From: Azolla caroliniana
Lineage: Eukaryota; Plantae; Polypodiophyta
Length of the DNA stretch: 64,000 bases
Direction: 5' to 3'
Assembly (NCBI GenBank): GCA_043228905.1
Contig: JBHGNT010000022.1
Span: 11,346,001 to 11,410,000, forward strand
In this document: positions 13,202 to 27,625 of the stretch, in pieces
Layout of the letters: the number at the start of each line of letters is the position of its first letter
Numbering within the stretch: the stretch's first letter is position 1
Notes under the pieces: generated by a model
What the model was told of the DNA's origin: nothing
What the model saw: only the letters and a program-made list of their open reading frames with translations
Database searches by the model: none
Position numbers and translations under genes: made by a program

Positions 13202-13734
13202 AAACAATCGGCAATGGTTTGCTTCGAGAATGTCAAAACTCAAACCGTTTAGAAATTTTGAAACTTAAACCAAACCAAACCAAAACCATGAAACCATTTA
13301 AACCAAATCGTTACAAAAAATTCAAGCTCAAACCAAACGGTTTTAGAGACTTTCAAACCTTGAAACCGTTAAAATCGCAGTTTCGCGATTTGGTTTTGGT
13401 TTTCATGTTAGGTCAAAATTCAAATTTTCACATTTTAATTTTAAAAATTTAAAAATTTTCAATATTTAAAAATTTAAAGATTTTTCTTAAAAGATCAAAA
13501 TGAGGCTTCAAATGTTCAAACGAAAATTATCAACTGTCAATCATATACCGTCAAACTATTTAAATTGAAAACCGTTAAATTGATAAAGGCTCGAACCGAA
13601 CCAGTAAACCCCCAAACTGAATCGAACCGAAATCGGACCATTTACAAAAGCTTGAACCTAAACCGAACCATTTAAATTGTTAAGCCACGGTTTCACGATT
13701 GGTTCGGTTCAAACCAAACCGTTGTCGATTCGTG
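13202..13734. mobile_element. Non-autonomous hAT-like MITE (AACCG-rich subterminal repeats)
   Basis: Ends aaacaatcggcaatgg ... ccgttgtcgattcgtg resemble the TIRs of the TSD-bearing family members; AT-rich core; no TSD seen. Confidence 0.7.
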
Positions 13735-14389
13735 ACATGCAAGGTTGGCATTGATGCATAGAATAGAGGAGTCTCCATGTCCTACATTGTAGGATATGCA
13801 TGGTCAAATGTGAACTTTCTAATTAGCGAGAAATATTCCCCTTTATTTCTCTAAATATAGCCAAAGGAGATACGAACCCATTACCATTATATGCCCATTG
13901 AATTTGGAAACATCTCCTATTATGGATCATACCTCTCACTTTCACTCATGTATGTATCATCGGAATAAAAGCCCTACAACATGTCCATTCATTGGAGCTA
14001 GGTATGGACAAGGACAAAATGAGAGAGAGAGAGTAGAATAGAATTGGTATTTTGTCATCCATGATGAGGCCGAATTTGACCGATGGAACCAAATCAACAT
14101 ATCTTCTTGTAAGTCACTCCTTCCTAAGAAGGGGTTTACTACACTGTAGCAAAACTCTCAATGGTGAAACTAATGCATACACATAAGTCTTCACCCTTCT
14201 TGGGTGGAAATTTGAGTATGACACTCACATGATCATGCATGTCTAACAAGTCATCATATTTCTCTTGAATAACCTTATATGTAGTGATGAACATGTGATA
14301 AGTAAGTCATATTGTTTGTCCTCAACTAGATGCTCATTAGATACCTTGCTTATCTTCATGTTTGTGTGGTGATGCCATGATGCCACCAC

Positions 14390-14615
14390 AACACAGACAC
14401 TAATATGAACACGAACAAGGGCATAGACATGACATGGACATGGATAGAGACATAGACACAACCACAAACACAGACATGCAAATGGACATGGACACATACA
14501 AGGGCACAAACATAAACACGAACATTGACATCGACACAGTCATGAGACACAAGTGAGACATGAGACATAGGCACAGACACACACGAACACGAACAAGAAC
14601 ATCAACAACGACAAC
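14390..14615. repeat. Degenerate hexamer (GACACA/GACATG)n repeat
   Basis: gacatgacatggacatggatagagacatagacaca...; explains the Cys/Val/Met-rich spurious ORFs. Confidence 0.8.
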
Positions 14616-14620
14616 TAGAC

Positions 14621-14945
14621 TTGGGGGGGAAATGGCAGGGCAGGTTCACTTTACTCTTGTGCATGGTGTATGTATGTGTGTGTATTTGCAGATGAAAATC
14701 AATCACCCTCGCTCAGATTTAGGAATCGACAACGGTTCGGTTTCGAACTCTAATCAAACCGGTTTAGGAATCGACAACGGTTTAGGGGGGGAAATGGCAA
14801 GGTAGGTTCACTTTACTCTTGTGCATGGTGTATGTATGTGTGTGTATTTGCAGATGAAAATCAATCACCCTCACTCCGATTTAGGAATCGACAATGGTTC
14901 GGTTTCGGCCAAACCGGTTTGGAAGTTTGAAAACTCTAACCAAAC
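14621..14945. repeat. ~162-bp tandem duplication that includes the left end of a MITE
   Basis: gggggggaaatggca...caggttcactttactcttgtgcatggtgtatg...taggaatcgacaa occurs at ~14623 and again at ~14785. Confidence 0.85.
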
Positions 14946-15131
14946 CCGTTTGGACAAACCATTTGGCCTTAACCGGTTTATCCCAATTCGATTCGGTTCG
15001 ACTTGAGCCTTGCCAAACCGAGCTCAAACCGGATTACGAAGCTAGAGCCTGAACCGACCCGAGCCGACAAACTGTTTATAAACGGTTTGGCGGCTCGGTC
15101 TTGGCTTGAACCGAGCCGTTGCCTATTCCTA
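14882..15131. mobile_element. hAT-family MITE, 250 bp
   Basis: TIRs TAGGAATCGACAATGG / CCGTTGCCTATTCCTA; 8-bp TSD CTCCGATT (14874-81) / CTCAGATT (15132-39); the duplicated left end at 14712 retains CTCAGATT. Confidence 0.85.
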
Positions 15132-15435
15132 CTCAGATTGCAGAAATGGTAAGCTTGATCCGAATAACAGAGACAGATACAGAAATACGAAGATAGTGAG
15201 CGAGTTGCAACAATTGCCGGCAGCCTCTAATGCCATGGAGAAGATGCTGTCTGGGAGCTAGGGCATCTCTATCAGTATTCATCATGGCCTGCAGGCAGCC
15301 TGCATCTCTTTTAGGAAAGGTGAGATGATTCATGGCAAGAAGAATGAGCATCCATGATCGTCTACTACCGATTGGCATCTTCATCAGTATCATCATGGGC
15401 TGCTGGCAGCCTGCCTCTCTCTTAGGAAAGATGAG

Positions 15436-17784
15436 ATGAATCATGGCAAGAGAATGAGCATCCATGATCGTCTACTACCGAGTGGCCGGCAACAGAATGA
15501 TCACATGTACGCATATAAGTTTGTGGATTCGCTCAAGGTGTGTGCCAAGGACAAGAATCTCTCTAGAGGCAGTAGGCTACATGCTGATATTCTGAAACAT
15601 GGTTTACTTGGAAGGAGCCCTTATGTTGCCACTGCTTTAATCAATATGTATGCCAAGTGCGGCGTGCTTGCGAGAGCTCATCAAGTGTTTCAAGAGATTC
15701 CTGCTCCAAATGTGGTAACTTGGAATGCTCTCATTGCAGGATATGCCCATGATGGGCGAGGTCATGAAGCACTCGAATGTCTGGAAAGGATGCAAAGAGA
15801 ATGCATGACTCCAGATGGAGTCACCTTCATCTGCACCCTCAAGGCCTGTGGCAGCACGGGAGCTCTTGACAAAGGCAAACAAATCCATAACAAGATTGTA
15901 ATGAATGAAGGATTGTTGGAGAAAAATATCGTGCTCGGCAATGCCTTGGTGGATATGTATGCAAAATGTGGCGCCCTATCAAAAGCTCGCATAGTGCTTG
16001 ACATGCTTCCTGCTAGAGACATTGTGTCTTGGTCTGCACTCATTGCAGGGTATGCCCAAAAGGGCCAAGGGCACGAGGCACTTGAGTGTTTCGGTCAGAT
16101 GCAAATGGAGGGTCTTTCTCCAGATGAGGTCACCTTTATTTGCGCTTTAAAAGCTTGTGGTAGTATAGGTGCTATTGATAAAGGCATGGAAATCCATGAT
16201 GCAATTGTCAATAGAAGAATGCTAGATAAGCAGATCGCACTTAGCAATGCTTTGCTGGATATGTATGTCAAATGTGGTCTACTTGAAAAGGCGCAACGTG
16301 TGCTAGAAGAGATTCCGATTCGAAATGTAGTCTCCTGGTCTGCACTGATTGCGGGCTATTCACATAAGGGACAAGGACATAAGGCACTTGATTGTTTTGA
16401 GCAGATGCAAAGGGAGGGCCTCTCTCCAAATGATGTCACCTTCATTTGCATCTTAAAGGCCTGCGGAAGCCTAAGAGCTATCAACAAGGGCAAACAAATT
16501 CATGACCATATTTGCAATAGTGGCATGCTGAAGAAAAATATTGTGCTTGGCAATGCTTTGGTAGATATGTATGCCAAATGTGGTCTCCTTGCAAAAGCAC
16601 AACAAGTGCTTGAAGAGCTTCCGGTTCGAGACATAGTCTCCTGGTCTGCACTAATAACGGGGTATGCCCATGGGGGACAAGGACATGAAGCTCTTGAATG
16701 CTTTGCACAAATGCAAAGAGAGGGCCATTTTCCAACCGATGTTACCTTCATTTGTGCTTTAAAAGCTTGTGGCAGCATTGGAGCCATCGATAACGGCAAA
16801 CAAATCCATGATCAGATTGTTAATTGGGGCTTATTAGATAAAAGTATCATGGTTGGAAATGTTTTGGTGGATATGTATGCCAAATGTGGTGTGCTTGCAG
16901 AAGCGCGTCTTGTGCTTGAAGGTCTTCCAGTTCGGGATGTAGTCTCTTGGAATGCACTAATTGCAGGGTATGCTCAAGTAGAAAAAGGTGGTAATGAAGT
17001 AATGAACTGCTTTGTAAAGATGCAGAGAGAGGGCATCACCCCAAATATGATCACATTCACCTCAATCTTGAAAGCCTGTGGCAACATAGGGGCTATTGAC
17101 AAGGGACAACAAATTCATGAACATCTTCTCAATGGATGCATGTTGGAGCACAATATCGTGCTTGGCACTGCATTGGTGGATATGTATGCCAAATGCGGTG
17201 TTCTTGCAAAAGCACAAGAAATGCTTGAACAGCTTCCAGTTCGAAACATAATCTCTTGGAATTCACTCATTGCAGGATATGCTCAAGAGGGACATTGGCA
17301 TGAAGTGTTAAAGTGTTTTGAACAGATGCAAAAAGAGGGCTTCGTACCAGATGAGGTAACTTTCCTTTCTATGCTGAGTGCATGTAGTCACTCTGGGAAA
17401 TTTGATGAAGCCCAATGGTATTATGAGAATATGAGCAGAGTCTATGGGATTGCACCAAAGCTAGAGCACCATACATGCATGGTTGTTATTTTTGGATGTG
17501 CAGGTCGCTTTGAGAAGGCAATGTCTGTGATGAAGACAATGCCATCTTCTAGCGATCATTCGGTTTGGCTGGCATTCTTGAGTTCGTGTAAGAAATGGGG
17601 AAATGTTGCACTTGGAAGGTTAGCTTTTGATGAGGTAATGCATCAGGATATGAACATTCCCGCAGCTTATATTCTAATGGCCGATATTTATGCAGCTGCT
17701 GGGATGCGAAAAGATGCGGAAACAATTGATGCCCTAAGAGTAGAAAAATGTTGCACATGGAGAAGTAAGGAAGTGGGGTTATGA
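15436..17784 (+). CDS. PLS-class PPR protein with E1/E2 motifs, no DYW domain
   Basis: 782-aa intronless ORF; P-L-S triplets; HHTCMVVIFGCAGRFEKA, VWLAFLSSCKKWGNV, AYILMADIYAAAG. Start uncertain because of an upstream duplication. Confidence 0.93.
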   Translation: MNHGKRMSIHDRLLPSGRQQNDHMYAYKFVDSLKVCAKDKNLSRGSRLHADILKHGLLGRSPYVATALINMYAKCGVLARAHQVFQEIPAPNVVTWNALIAGYAHDGRGHEALECLERMQRECMTPDGVTFICTLKACGSTGALDKGKQIHNKIVMNEGLLEKNIVLGNALVDMYAKCGALSKARIVLDMLPARDIVSWSALIAGYAQKGQGHEALECFGQMQMEGLSPDEVTFICALKACGSIGAIDKGMEIHDAIVNRRMLDKQIALSNALLDMYVKCGLLEKAQRVLEEIPIRNVVSWSALIAGYSHKGQGHKALDCFEQMQREGLSPNDVTFICILKACGSLRAINKGKQIHDHICNSGMLKKNIVLGNALVDMYAKCGLLAKAQQVLEELPVRDIVSWSALITGYAHGGQGHEALECFAQMQREGHFPTDVTFICALKACGSIGAIDNGKQIHDQIVNWGLLDKSIMVGNVLVDMYAKCGVLAEARLVLEGLPVRDVVSWNALIAGYAQVEKGGNEVMNCFVKMQREGITPNMITFTSILKACGNIGAIDKGQQIHEHLLNGCMLEHNIVLGTALVDMYAKCGVLAKAQEMLEQLPVRNIISWNSLIAGYAQEGHWHEVLKCFEQMQKEGFVPDEVTFLSMLSACSHSGKFDEAQWYYENMSRVYGIAPKLEHHTCMVVIFGCAGRFEKAMSVMKTMPSSSDHSVWLAFLSSCKKWGNVALGRLAFDEVMHQDMNIPAAYILMADIYAAAGMRKDAETIDALRVEKCCTWRSKEVGL

Positions 17785-20246
17785 AGACACGCATGCAAAG
17801 TCACAAGGCATTTCTGTCGAAATGTTGAAGAGGATAGTTGCAAATTCTTAAGTGTGCATTTGGGTGATTCACAATGCTTTACTCACAAGTGTGTGTGCAT
17901 GCTAAGGAAGATGGAGGTCAATCTCTTGAAACTCACTGATTATTAGTATGTTGTAATACGAAAACAGGGAGCTGCCTAAAGTAAAGAAAGAGAAAGAAAG
18001 TGAGTGTCTTCACAATCACTCTTATTGAAATTATTAGGTTCAAGGCAACAACAATTTGAACGGCAAAGGAACTCCAAAAGAGGAGAATTCAGAGAGTGTG
18101 CTGGACGAAGGAGAAACAGAAATACCACTCATTAGAGGAGCTACAAATAGGCAATCAATTATTATGGAAAGCATCGATACTTTTCCAATGAATGTTCGAA
18201 GAGGCAATGAGAGAAACGAACAAAGAACGTGAGGAAAAGAAACGGTGTATCTACAATTGACTCGAAAGAAGCCCACAAAAATAAGGCTACAAAGGATAGC
18301 GAAAACAAAAAGCGCGAATGTTAACAAAGATGACGAAGATGGAGAAGACAATCGAAGAAGCATAATTAGCGGCAGAGAGGAACTTAGGCTTAGCTATGAA
18401 GAATATCTCAAGATTGGCATTGAGAAGTCGACATAGAGTTATGCATGCAACCTCTCAAGAGTTTAAAACTGTGCAATCTGCAAGACATGCATACTCACAA
18501 TTTACTAGGACACGATCGAGTCTTCACAATACAACCTAACAATTGTGAGAACATCCCCAAGAACATTGTATGAACTACAAAAGTGCACGGGGAGGTCGAG
18601 TCAGGAAGCCATCAAGGTTAATTTGCTCACTATGTGGAAGGGATGCAATCGATTACTTGTATTCCAACTTAAGGGCAGGTTGCCATGATGTTGTATGTTA
18701 TCTCTGACTTTTATATCCGGGAGTTGGTTGGTTCCATGACAATGCTCAACACAACCACGACAAGTAGTGGAATTGTAGTGCAACTTGCAAGGAGCTAACA
18801 TGTAGTTTCTTACCAACGTAGAAACCCTACAAGACAAATAATGACACACTGTCCATAAAAGAGTGATAGTCAATCCTCTTTACTCAGTATAGTATAATTA
18901 GTTATCTTCCATGATAACTATCTACACAAAAAAATTCATTTATAATCCTTGCTGTTCCTCGAATACTTAACGATTGGAGGGTATACACTAGTCTAACCAA
19001 CTAAACTTTTATCTTAAGAGTGTCCTATTCTTCGATGTGTATTTTCTAGAGATATGCATGCACAACCACATGCTCGGCTATGTGCACAATACAACCATGT
19101 CGAAGGATGTGTGAAAGGGTTCAAGCCCCTCTTAAAACACTTATTAGCACGTTATCTCAGGTATCATAATATATAGTATATCTACCTACAGGTGCAATGT
19201 TCCAAGGAATGTATGTCTATCTCATGCAGTTAGCATACCATGTCATGAACTATCTCCTTTTGCCATATACTAGTATCGATTTTGATTTGATGCGAAGATG
19301 TGTTGTAATCGAATGCAAATCCATGTGAAAGATGTGTATCCATGTATCTAAGATATCCAGGATCAATACCTTGGGAGAGTAGCTAGAGAGAAAGTGGGAT
19401 TGATAATGGGTCATCCTCATCCCATGGGGGTTAACCCATGTCCTCTCGTTTTAAACCTCAACGTGTCAACTTTTATCACTCGATTCATAAGTTGGGGTTT
19501 ACAAGCAAAACGGAAGTAGCTTTTCTAATATATATTGCCATTAGCAAGCCTAATTAAGAACTCATTTGAGCATACCAACATTGTTTATGTGCCGTTGTTT
19601 GTACGCAATTGTATAGAGCAAAACATTGTTATCTTGGATACATATGTGTATGCGTATGAAAATCAATGACGATAGAAAACAACTTTTCACGCAAAAACAA
19701 GAAGACAAGGGACCTTTTTTTTTGCCAGCCAAGGCAAATCAAAGAATAATCGGCTCGATGACGTGTTGTCCAAAGGGTCACACATGAAGGCAAGGGAAGA
19801 TGATTTCCACATGAAATTTGTGGATTTGATTGATTTTTATTTGTTTTTCCGGTGGGGACCATAGAAAGAGAAGGCCATCATCATCCAACATCCTTTTTCT
19901 CGGTGGCGTTGAACAGATGGCGCGACTCATCGTTCGGGGACACGAGGAGGCTGGAAGATAACCAGGTGGTGGTTCGGAAGGGACGCTGACGATTTCTTGG
20001 GGGGGGGGGTTCTTCTTGCCTGGCGGAATGGAGAGTGAAGGTGATAGTTGGGCAGGCCTTCGATTGGTGCAGGGCAGGGCAGGTGTCCCCCGAGACCAGA
20101 TGAGTCAAGTCAAGTCAGGTTGAGTCAGGCAGAGCCAAGTCGCGTTAGGTCAAGCTGACAGGTGGATGGATGGACGGGAGCAATGGCACGGGATCGAATC
20201 GTCGGGATCAACCAACAAGTTCGTTGGTGTGTTGGGCAAATCTTAG

Positions 20247-20442
20247 CCTCTCTCTCTCTCTCTCTCTCTTCTCTTCTCTCTCTCTCTCACTCTCTCTCTT
20301 CTCTTCTCTTCTCTTCTCTTCTCTTCTCTTCTCTCTCTCTCTCTCTCTCTTCTCTTCTCTTCTAAGGTGTGTTGGGCAAACCTTAGCCTCTCTCTCTCTC
20401 TCTCTCTCTGTCTCATCTCTCTCTCTCTTCTCTCTTTCTCTG
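20247..20442. repeat. (CT)n/(CTCTT)n microsatellite blocks, internally duplicated, in the FtsH upstream region
   Basis: ggtgtgttgggcaaa(t/c)cttagcctctctctc occurs at ~20226 and ~20366. Confidence 0.9.
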
Positions 20443-20494
20443 TTTTTTTTTGTGGGCGATTTGGGAAGAAGAGGCAGGGAGGGGTCTGCAGCCA

Positions 20495-20506
20495 TGCCAC
20501 GTGGCA
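20495..20506. promoter_or_regulatory. Perfect palindromic G-box (TGCCACGTGGCA) upstream of FtsH2/8
   Basis: 12-bp palindrome ~170 bp before the ATG, with CCAAT at ~20564; G-boxes are typical of light-regulated plant promoters. Confidence 0.6.
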
Positions 20507-20625
20507 GGCGCCCATTGATCCAGAATATCTAGTCTCCTTTTAGGCGCTCTGTTCCTCTCTCATCCAATCCCTTCTTCTTCTTCTTCTTCTTTCTTCTTCT
20601 TCTTCTTCTTCATCTTCAGAGCTGA

Positions 20626-23300
<2,675 letters not shown>

Positions 23301-24499
23301 ATTTGAAGTTTTATGTACATTATAACTCTTGTGAATTATTCAAAAACCAATCATTCTATTGTTCGAGGACATGGCAATGGGGTGGGATGTTAAAATCTTT
23401 TTGTTTTTAAACACTTATGTAATGTTAAATCTTTAATTGGGTATGTTTGTGTCTCTGGCTTCTTTAATTTCGAATTCCTCGATTCCTGGCTTTGATCATC
23501 ACAGGCTACTTTACCCAAATTCCCTGTAATTTCTCTACGAAATACATAAGGTAGAATGGTATGTGTGGTTTTCGTTCGTCATTTAATATGTGGTTATTCA
23601 TTCGTAAGAAGAAGAGAAGACATGTGGACGTAGAAGGTTTAGGCTTTATGTCTTGTGACAATGTGAATGCTCTCTTGAGATGCATGAGACTCTCCTTCAA
23701 TGAGCATCAGAGGTAACCAGCAAGATTCTTGAGGTGTTAGATTTGAAATGATGAAAATTGAAATGGAAAGAGATGCATGATTCTTAAAGGGCTCATCATA
23801 ATGGACTTGGGACATGTTTGCTTGTAAGTACGAATTACATAAGACAAGTTTGGATTACAATTTTTACTTGTTTGCGCTTCTCTATCAATTAGGATGTTGT
23901 ATAAATAAGCTCTAGATTGAGTCATAATCTCACTCATTATGTTCAAAGGTCCAACAAAAGTGTTTCCAAAATCAAGTAAATGCATGTATTTTTATTAGTA
24001 GTCTTAGATGATCTTGTAAATCACTCCATGGGTAATGGAAACCGATTATTTCCTTCCTTTTTCCTATGTAATTGATGTACATGCGATTCTTTTGAATTGG
24101 CAACGGCAATAATACACTTCACTATTGGTTTTAAAGTGGGTATAATGTGTTACCCTTACTTTCCTCTAAGTGATTCATACTGTTTCACCATTGATAATTT
24201 TACCTAGAATATCATGAGATCTAAGTTGAGGTAAACGCTCTTTAGAGAGCCATTGCTAAATAATTTACCACTAGCCCAATTTCGTCTTACTTTTTGATAA
24301 TGATTGCCATGCACAACGACAAGAGTTTCATTAGGTTATAGCTTGAATGTTATTCATTAGTACAATAGTCAAGAGCGACAAGAATAATTAGGACAACAAA
24401 TGCATTTTAAACTTTTGGCCCAAGGTCAAGCTTCACTTTAACCTTTGCACTCAATCAGAAGTTGAAGATGGAGTCTTGGCCTCGAAATTTTCTAATTAC

Positions 24500-26990
24500 T
24501 TGGAATCATCTATGCATAATTAATATCATGTAGTGAAGTTTTTCAAACCGTGAACATTTCTTTGGGTTCCACTTTCACAACTTTGGAAACTTCCAAAGCT
24601 TGAAATTGCTTCCAAATTTAAGCACTTGATGCATGTTGGAATTTCACTATTGCTAAGTGACATCACTTTTAATGTGCTTTGGCCTCCATCCTTTGAATCA
24701 ATACTTCTTACCATGCAAGCTCTCATGGATGTGAACCCTAGATGCAAAAGAGAGAAGCCTTTTGCTCTTTATGCACACAACAAATTGGAACTAGATAACA
24801 TGTTAGCACTCAAGACTGCATGGCCGAATTCTAAATCTACTAGTCCTTATCGATGATAAAAAGAATTGTAATTTAAGAGGAGAGTGATAAGAAAAAGAAC
24901 AACCAGGCATAATTCCTAATTGACCGCTTCTAGTCCACATAAAATCATCCCCATAAACCTATCTAAACGAGAAAGGTTGTCCCTTGCCAACCGTTTGCTA
25001 GATCTTGAAAAAGATAAGGATTCTTGTAATCTATTAAAGGAATGGACTGACCAAAGATCAACCAAACGTAGTGACATACATAGCCATTCCCACTCCCTAA
25101 GTTCTGTTCCAGAGATAATACGTAAGCTACTACCTTGCATATCTTGCACATCCTCTAGCATATTAATGCCCAGTGATAAATTTGTTGGGGTATTTCTAAT
25201 AAAATTCCACTCCAGAAACGAGACCTCGCTACCTCCGAATTTGGGCCATAAAGATTAAGCAAACCCCACTTAATCTCTCCTATTTGAAAAACAATGTACT
25301 ATGCTCTTTTATTAGATAATGATCTTGACATAATTACATCTAAGGCCCAAATATGTGAAACTTCAATACATAAACCCCCTCGAATATCATTTGGTCCAAA
25401 GGTCGGCAACCTGAAGTGTAGCCACCTCCTAGGGAGAAGATTTCCATATCTTAAGAGACATTGTTCCCCTAAATGATGCTCCTGAATCATGAGCACATTT
25501 ATTGTGCCTACATAAGGTTTTTTTAATTCCTGTCTAAAACCCCCTCTCATTCGTCGAAACCAACTACCTCCTAATCCTTGTACATTCCATGAGATTATAT
25601 TCAGAACATCCATAAATAAACTAGTTATTATGAAACTATCATTTTCTCCGCCAAAATGAGTCCTCTACATTTTCCTTCCTCAGCAACTCGTAATTGTCTT
25701 CTAGTTGTCATTATATCTTTATCTGAATATTTGTGTGAACGGATTGGGATCACCTTTTCCAATGTAGGAGTATCCTTTGTAACCAAGGATATTGCCGAAA
25801 AAGAGAAATCTTTAGTATTCTAAGGACTTATCTTTCCAAAACCGAGATAGACTTCTGTTTTGATGTATCTTCCTCATAGATTACTAAAGATAATTGATTT
25901 TCACAATCTATGTCAACACCCAAACAATCAATCTTTTGCCCCTTGTCCTGAGAGACCGGGTGAGGCAAGGATTGAATGATTTGCTTACCTTTATCCCCCA
26001 ATTGATTACCTTTGGCCTACCCAATAGACATAGCCTCTAACTTATGATGGCTTGTAGGGGAGACCGTAGCATTAATTTCTTTTATCATCAAGACTTCTTG
26101 ATCCTATTTCAAGGGTGGTGGAATCTGTACTTCAGTGACTTTATTCACCTCCCTTAAATTATTTTGCAATGAAATATCCCTACCTTCATTGCTTTTCAAA
26201 GGATTATACGGATTGCAATCCAACAAAAACATAGAATTTACCGGAGAGTTAGAATGTTTACAAGAATGCTTAGCATTACTAGTGTCCAATCGGATCTTCC
26301 CACCTTAAAAGTCGATTTTAAGGCCTCCTCTAATTGATAGCGTCTATGCGGACAATCCTTCCCTGAATGCCCAAAATGTTTGCATATAAAACATTGATCC
26401 AGAAGCCCCTGAAACATAATCCTCTAGGACAACGGTTCCTAATTTTCTTGCAGATTCAACAAAAAAACTGAAGATGGTAGTACACTATTCTTGGGTGCCA
26501 AAATCCTCGCCGAAGTTGCTCCTTGTATACGATCATCCTCTTGTGAAGCCTCGTTTTTAATAGCTATTATTGTGCCTAGAAGAGAACCTATTTGGGATAA
26601 CAATTGACAAAATTCTTTCTTCAATCCCAAAAAATCGGTAGTATAGATCATATGGGCCTCTTTGTTTTGCAGAATATCGTTTGCAACCACATTATGAGTC
26701 CACTTGTAAAAATATATCCAAGCACCCTGCAATGATGTATGCTTGATCTTCAATAAATAGGCAACAGGCGAAAGATCGGAAAACTCCAAATGATAACATC
26801 CATTGCCAATGAATTGGATGTCCACCACATTATTGATTTCATCCAGAAAAGTCGCGTACAACATATGAGGCAACTCAAGCCTATTCGGCTTTGATCCTTC
26901 CATATGCGCCACCGACGAGACCACCTCCAGTCTCCGTACTTCTGTCAACACTAAGGTCCTATCATTATCTAACAAGGAGCATGAGAGACG
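24500..26990 (-). mobile_element. Degenerate L1-type LINE fragment (ORF1 and endonuclease; RT largely missing)
   Basis: ORF1 remnant 26975-26439 followed by zinc knuckle CFICKHFGHSGKDC (~26390-26350); APE-type endonuclease start IISWNVQGLGG...QEHHL at 25613; many stops; lower boundary uncertain. Confidence 0.8.
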
Positions 26991-27019
26991 ACCTTATCTG
27001 AAATATGAGAAGACATGTC

Positions 27020-27347
27020 AAATTTCAAAATTCAAAATTCAAAATTAAATCTTTCAGTATTTCAAATTATTAATTTATTCCTAAAAATGTCAAAATTAGG
27101 CTTCAAATAAAAAGATTGTTCCAAAAAATATTTAAGAAAAAATAATCAAGCGATAACGTTAAACCATTTAACCGTTTGAATAGTTTAAACCACGGTTTCA
27201 AAACCGTTTGAACTGAAGCAAACCAAAGGGTTGACTCCCCAAACCGAACCGAACCGTTAAGCCACAGTTTCGCAGTTCGATTCGGTTCAAGTTTTTTAAC
27301 GGTTCGGTTTCGCGGTTCAGTTCGGTTCAAACCGTTGCCGATTACTA
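27020..27347. mobile_element. hAT-like MITE, partial (right TIR only)
   Basis: AACCG/CGGTT arrays and terminus CCGTTGCCGATTACTA at 27332-27347. Confidence 0.7.
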
Positions 27348-27375
27348 CTTGCCGGATTAAGGTTATGGGCATGCC

Positions 27376-27439
27376 GGTTTAAGGGTGCTAAATTCAGCTT
27401 ATGGTCTTGAAGGGCGCGGTTCGAATCCCGCTCTGGTCC
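27376..27439 (+). pseudogene. Degenerate tRNA-Leu(CAG)-like relic (3' two-thirds)
   Basis: GGTTTAAGG-GTG-CTAAA-TTCAGCT-TATGG-TCTTGAAGGGC-GCGGTTCGAATCCCGC-TCTGGTC is colinear with plant cytosolic tRNA-Leu(CAG); B box intact, 5' acceptor/D stem not recognisable. Confidence 0.55.
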
Positions 27440-27625
27440 CTCACAATTCCTACATCAGAATCTTATTTCAATTGACTGCAATTCTGATGAACCCGTCCAA
27501 GTTATGTATATATGTGGGTGAATGCCTTAGTTCTGAAGCTTTGTTGATTTGATCGAACCAAGGAGGGGCTCGCTCTCTATGCACATCTGGTAATGACTAG
27601 CACTTAGTTATGAGGAAAGGAAAGA

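Noticed and set aside
14243-14582. Cys-rich, metallothionein-like ORFs
   Set aside because: Produced by a degenerate hexamer repeat that is open in all three frames
17950-19050. Possible LTR or retroelement remnant
   Set aside because: No TSD, paired LTR or coding motif could be identified by eye
19880-20240. GC-rich segment considered as an rDNA ITS fragment or a divergent exon
   Set aside because: No 18S/5.8S flanks, no conserved ITS motif and no recognisable protein similarity
20162-20532. Ser/Leu- or Arg/Glu-rich ORFs
   Set aside because: Translations of the CT microsatellite
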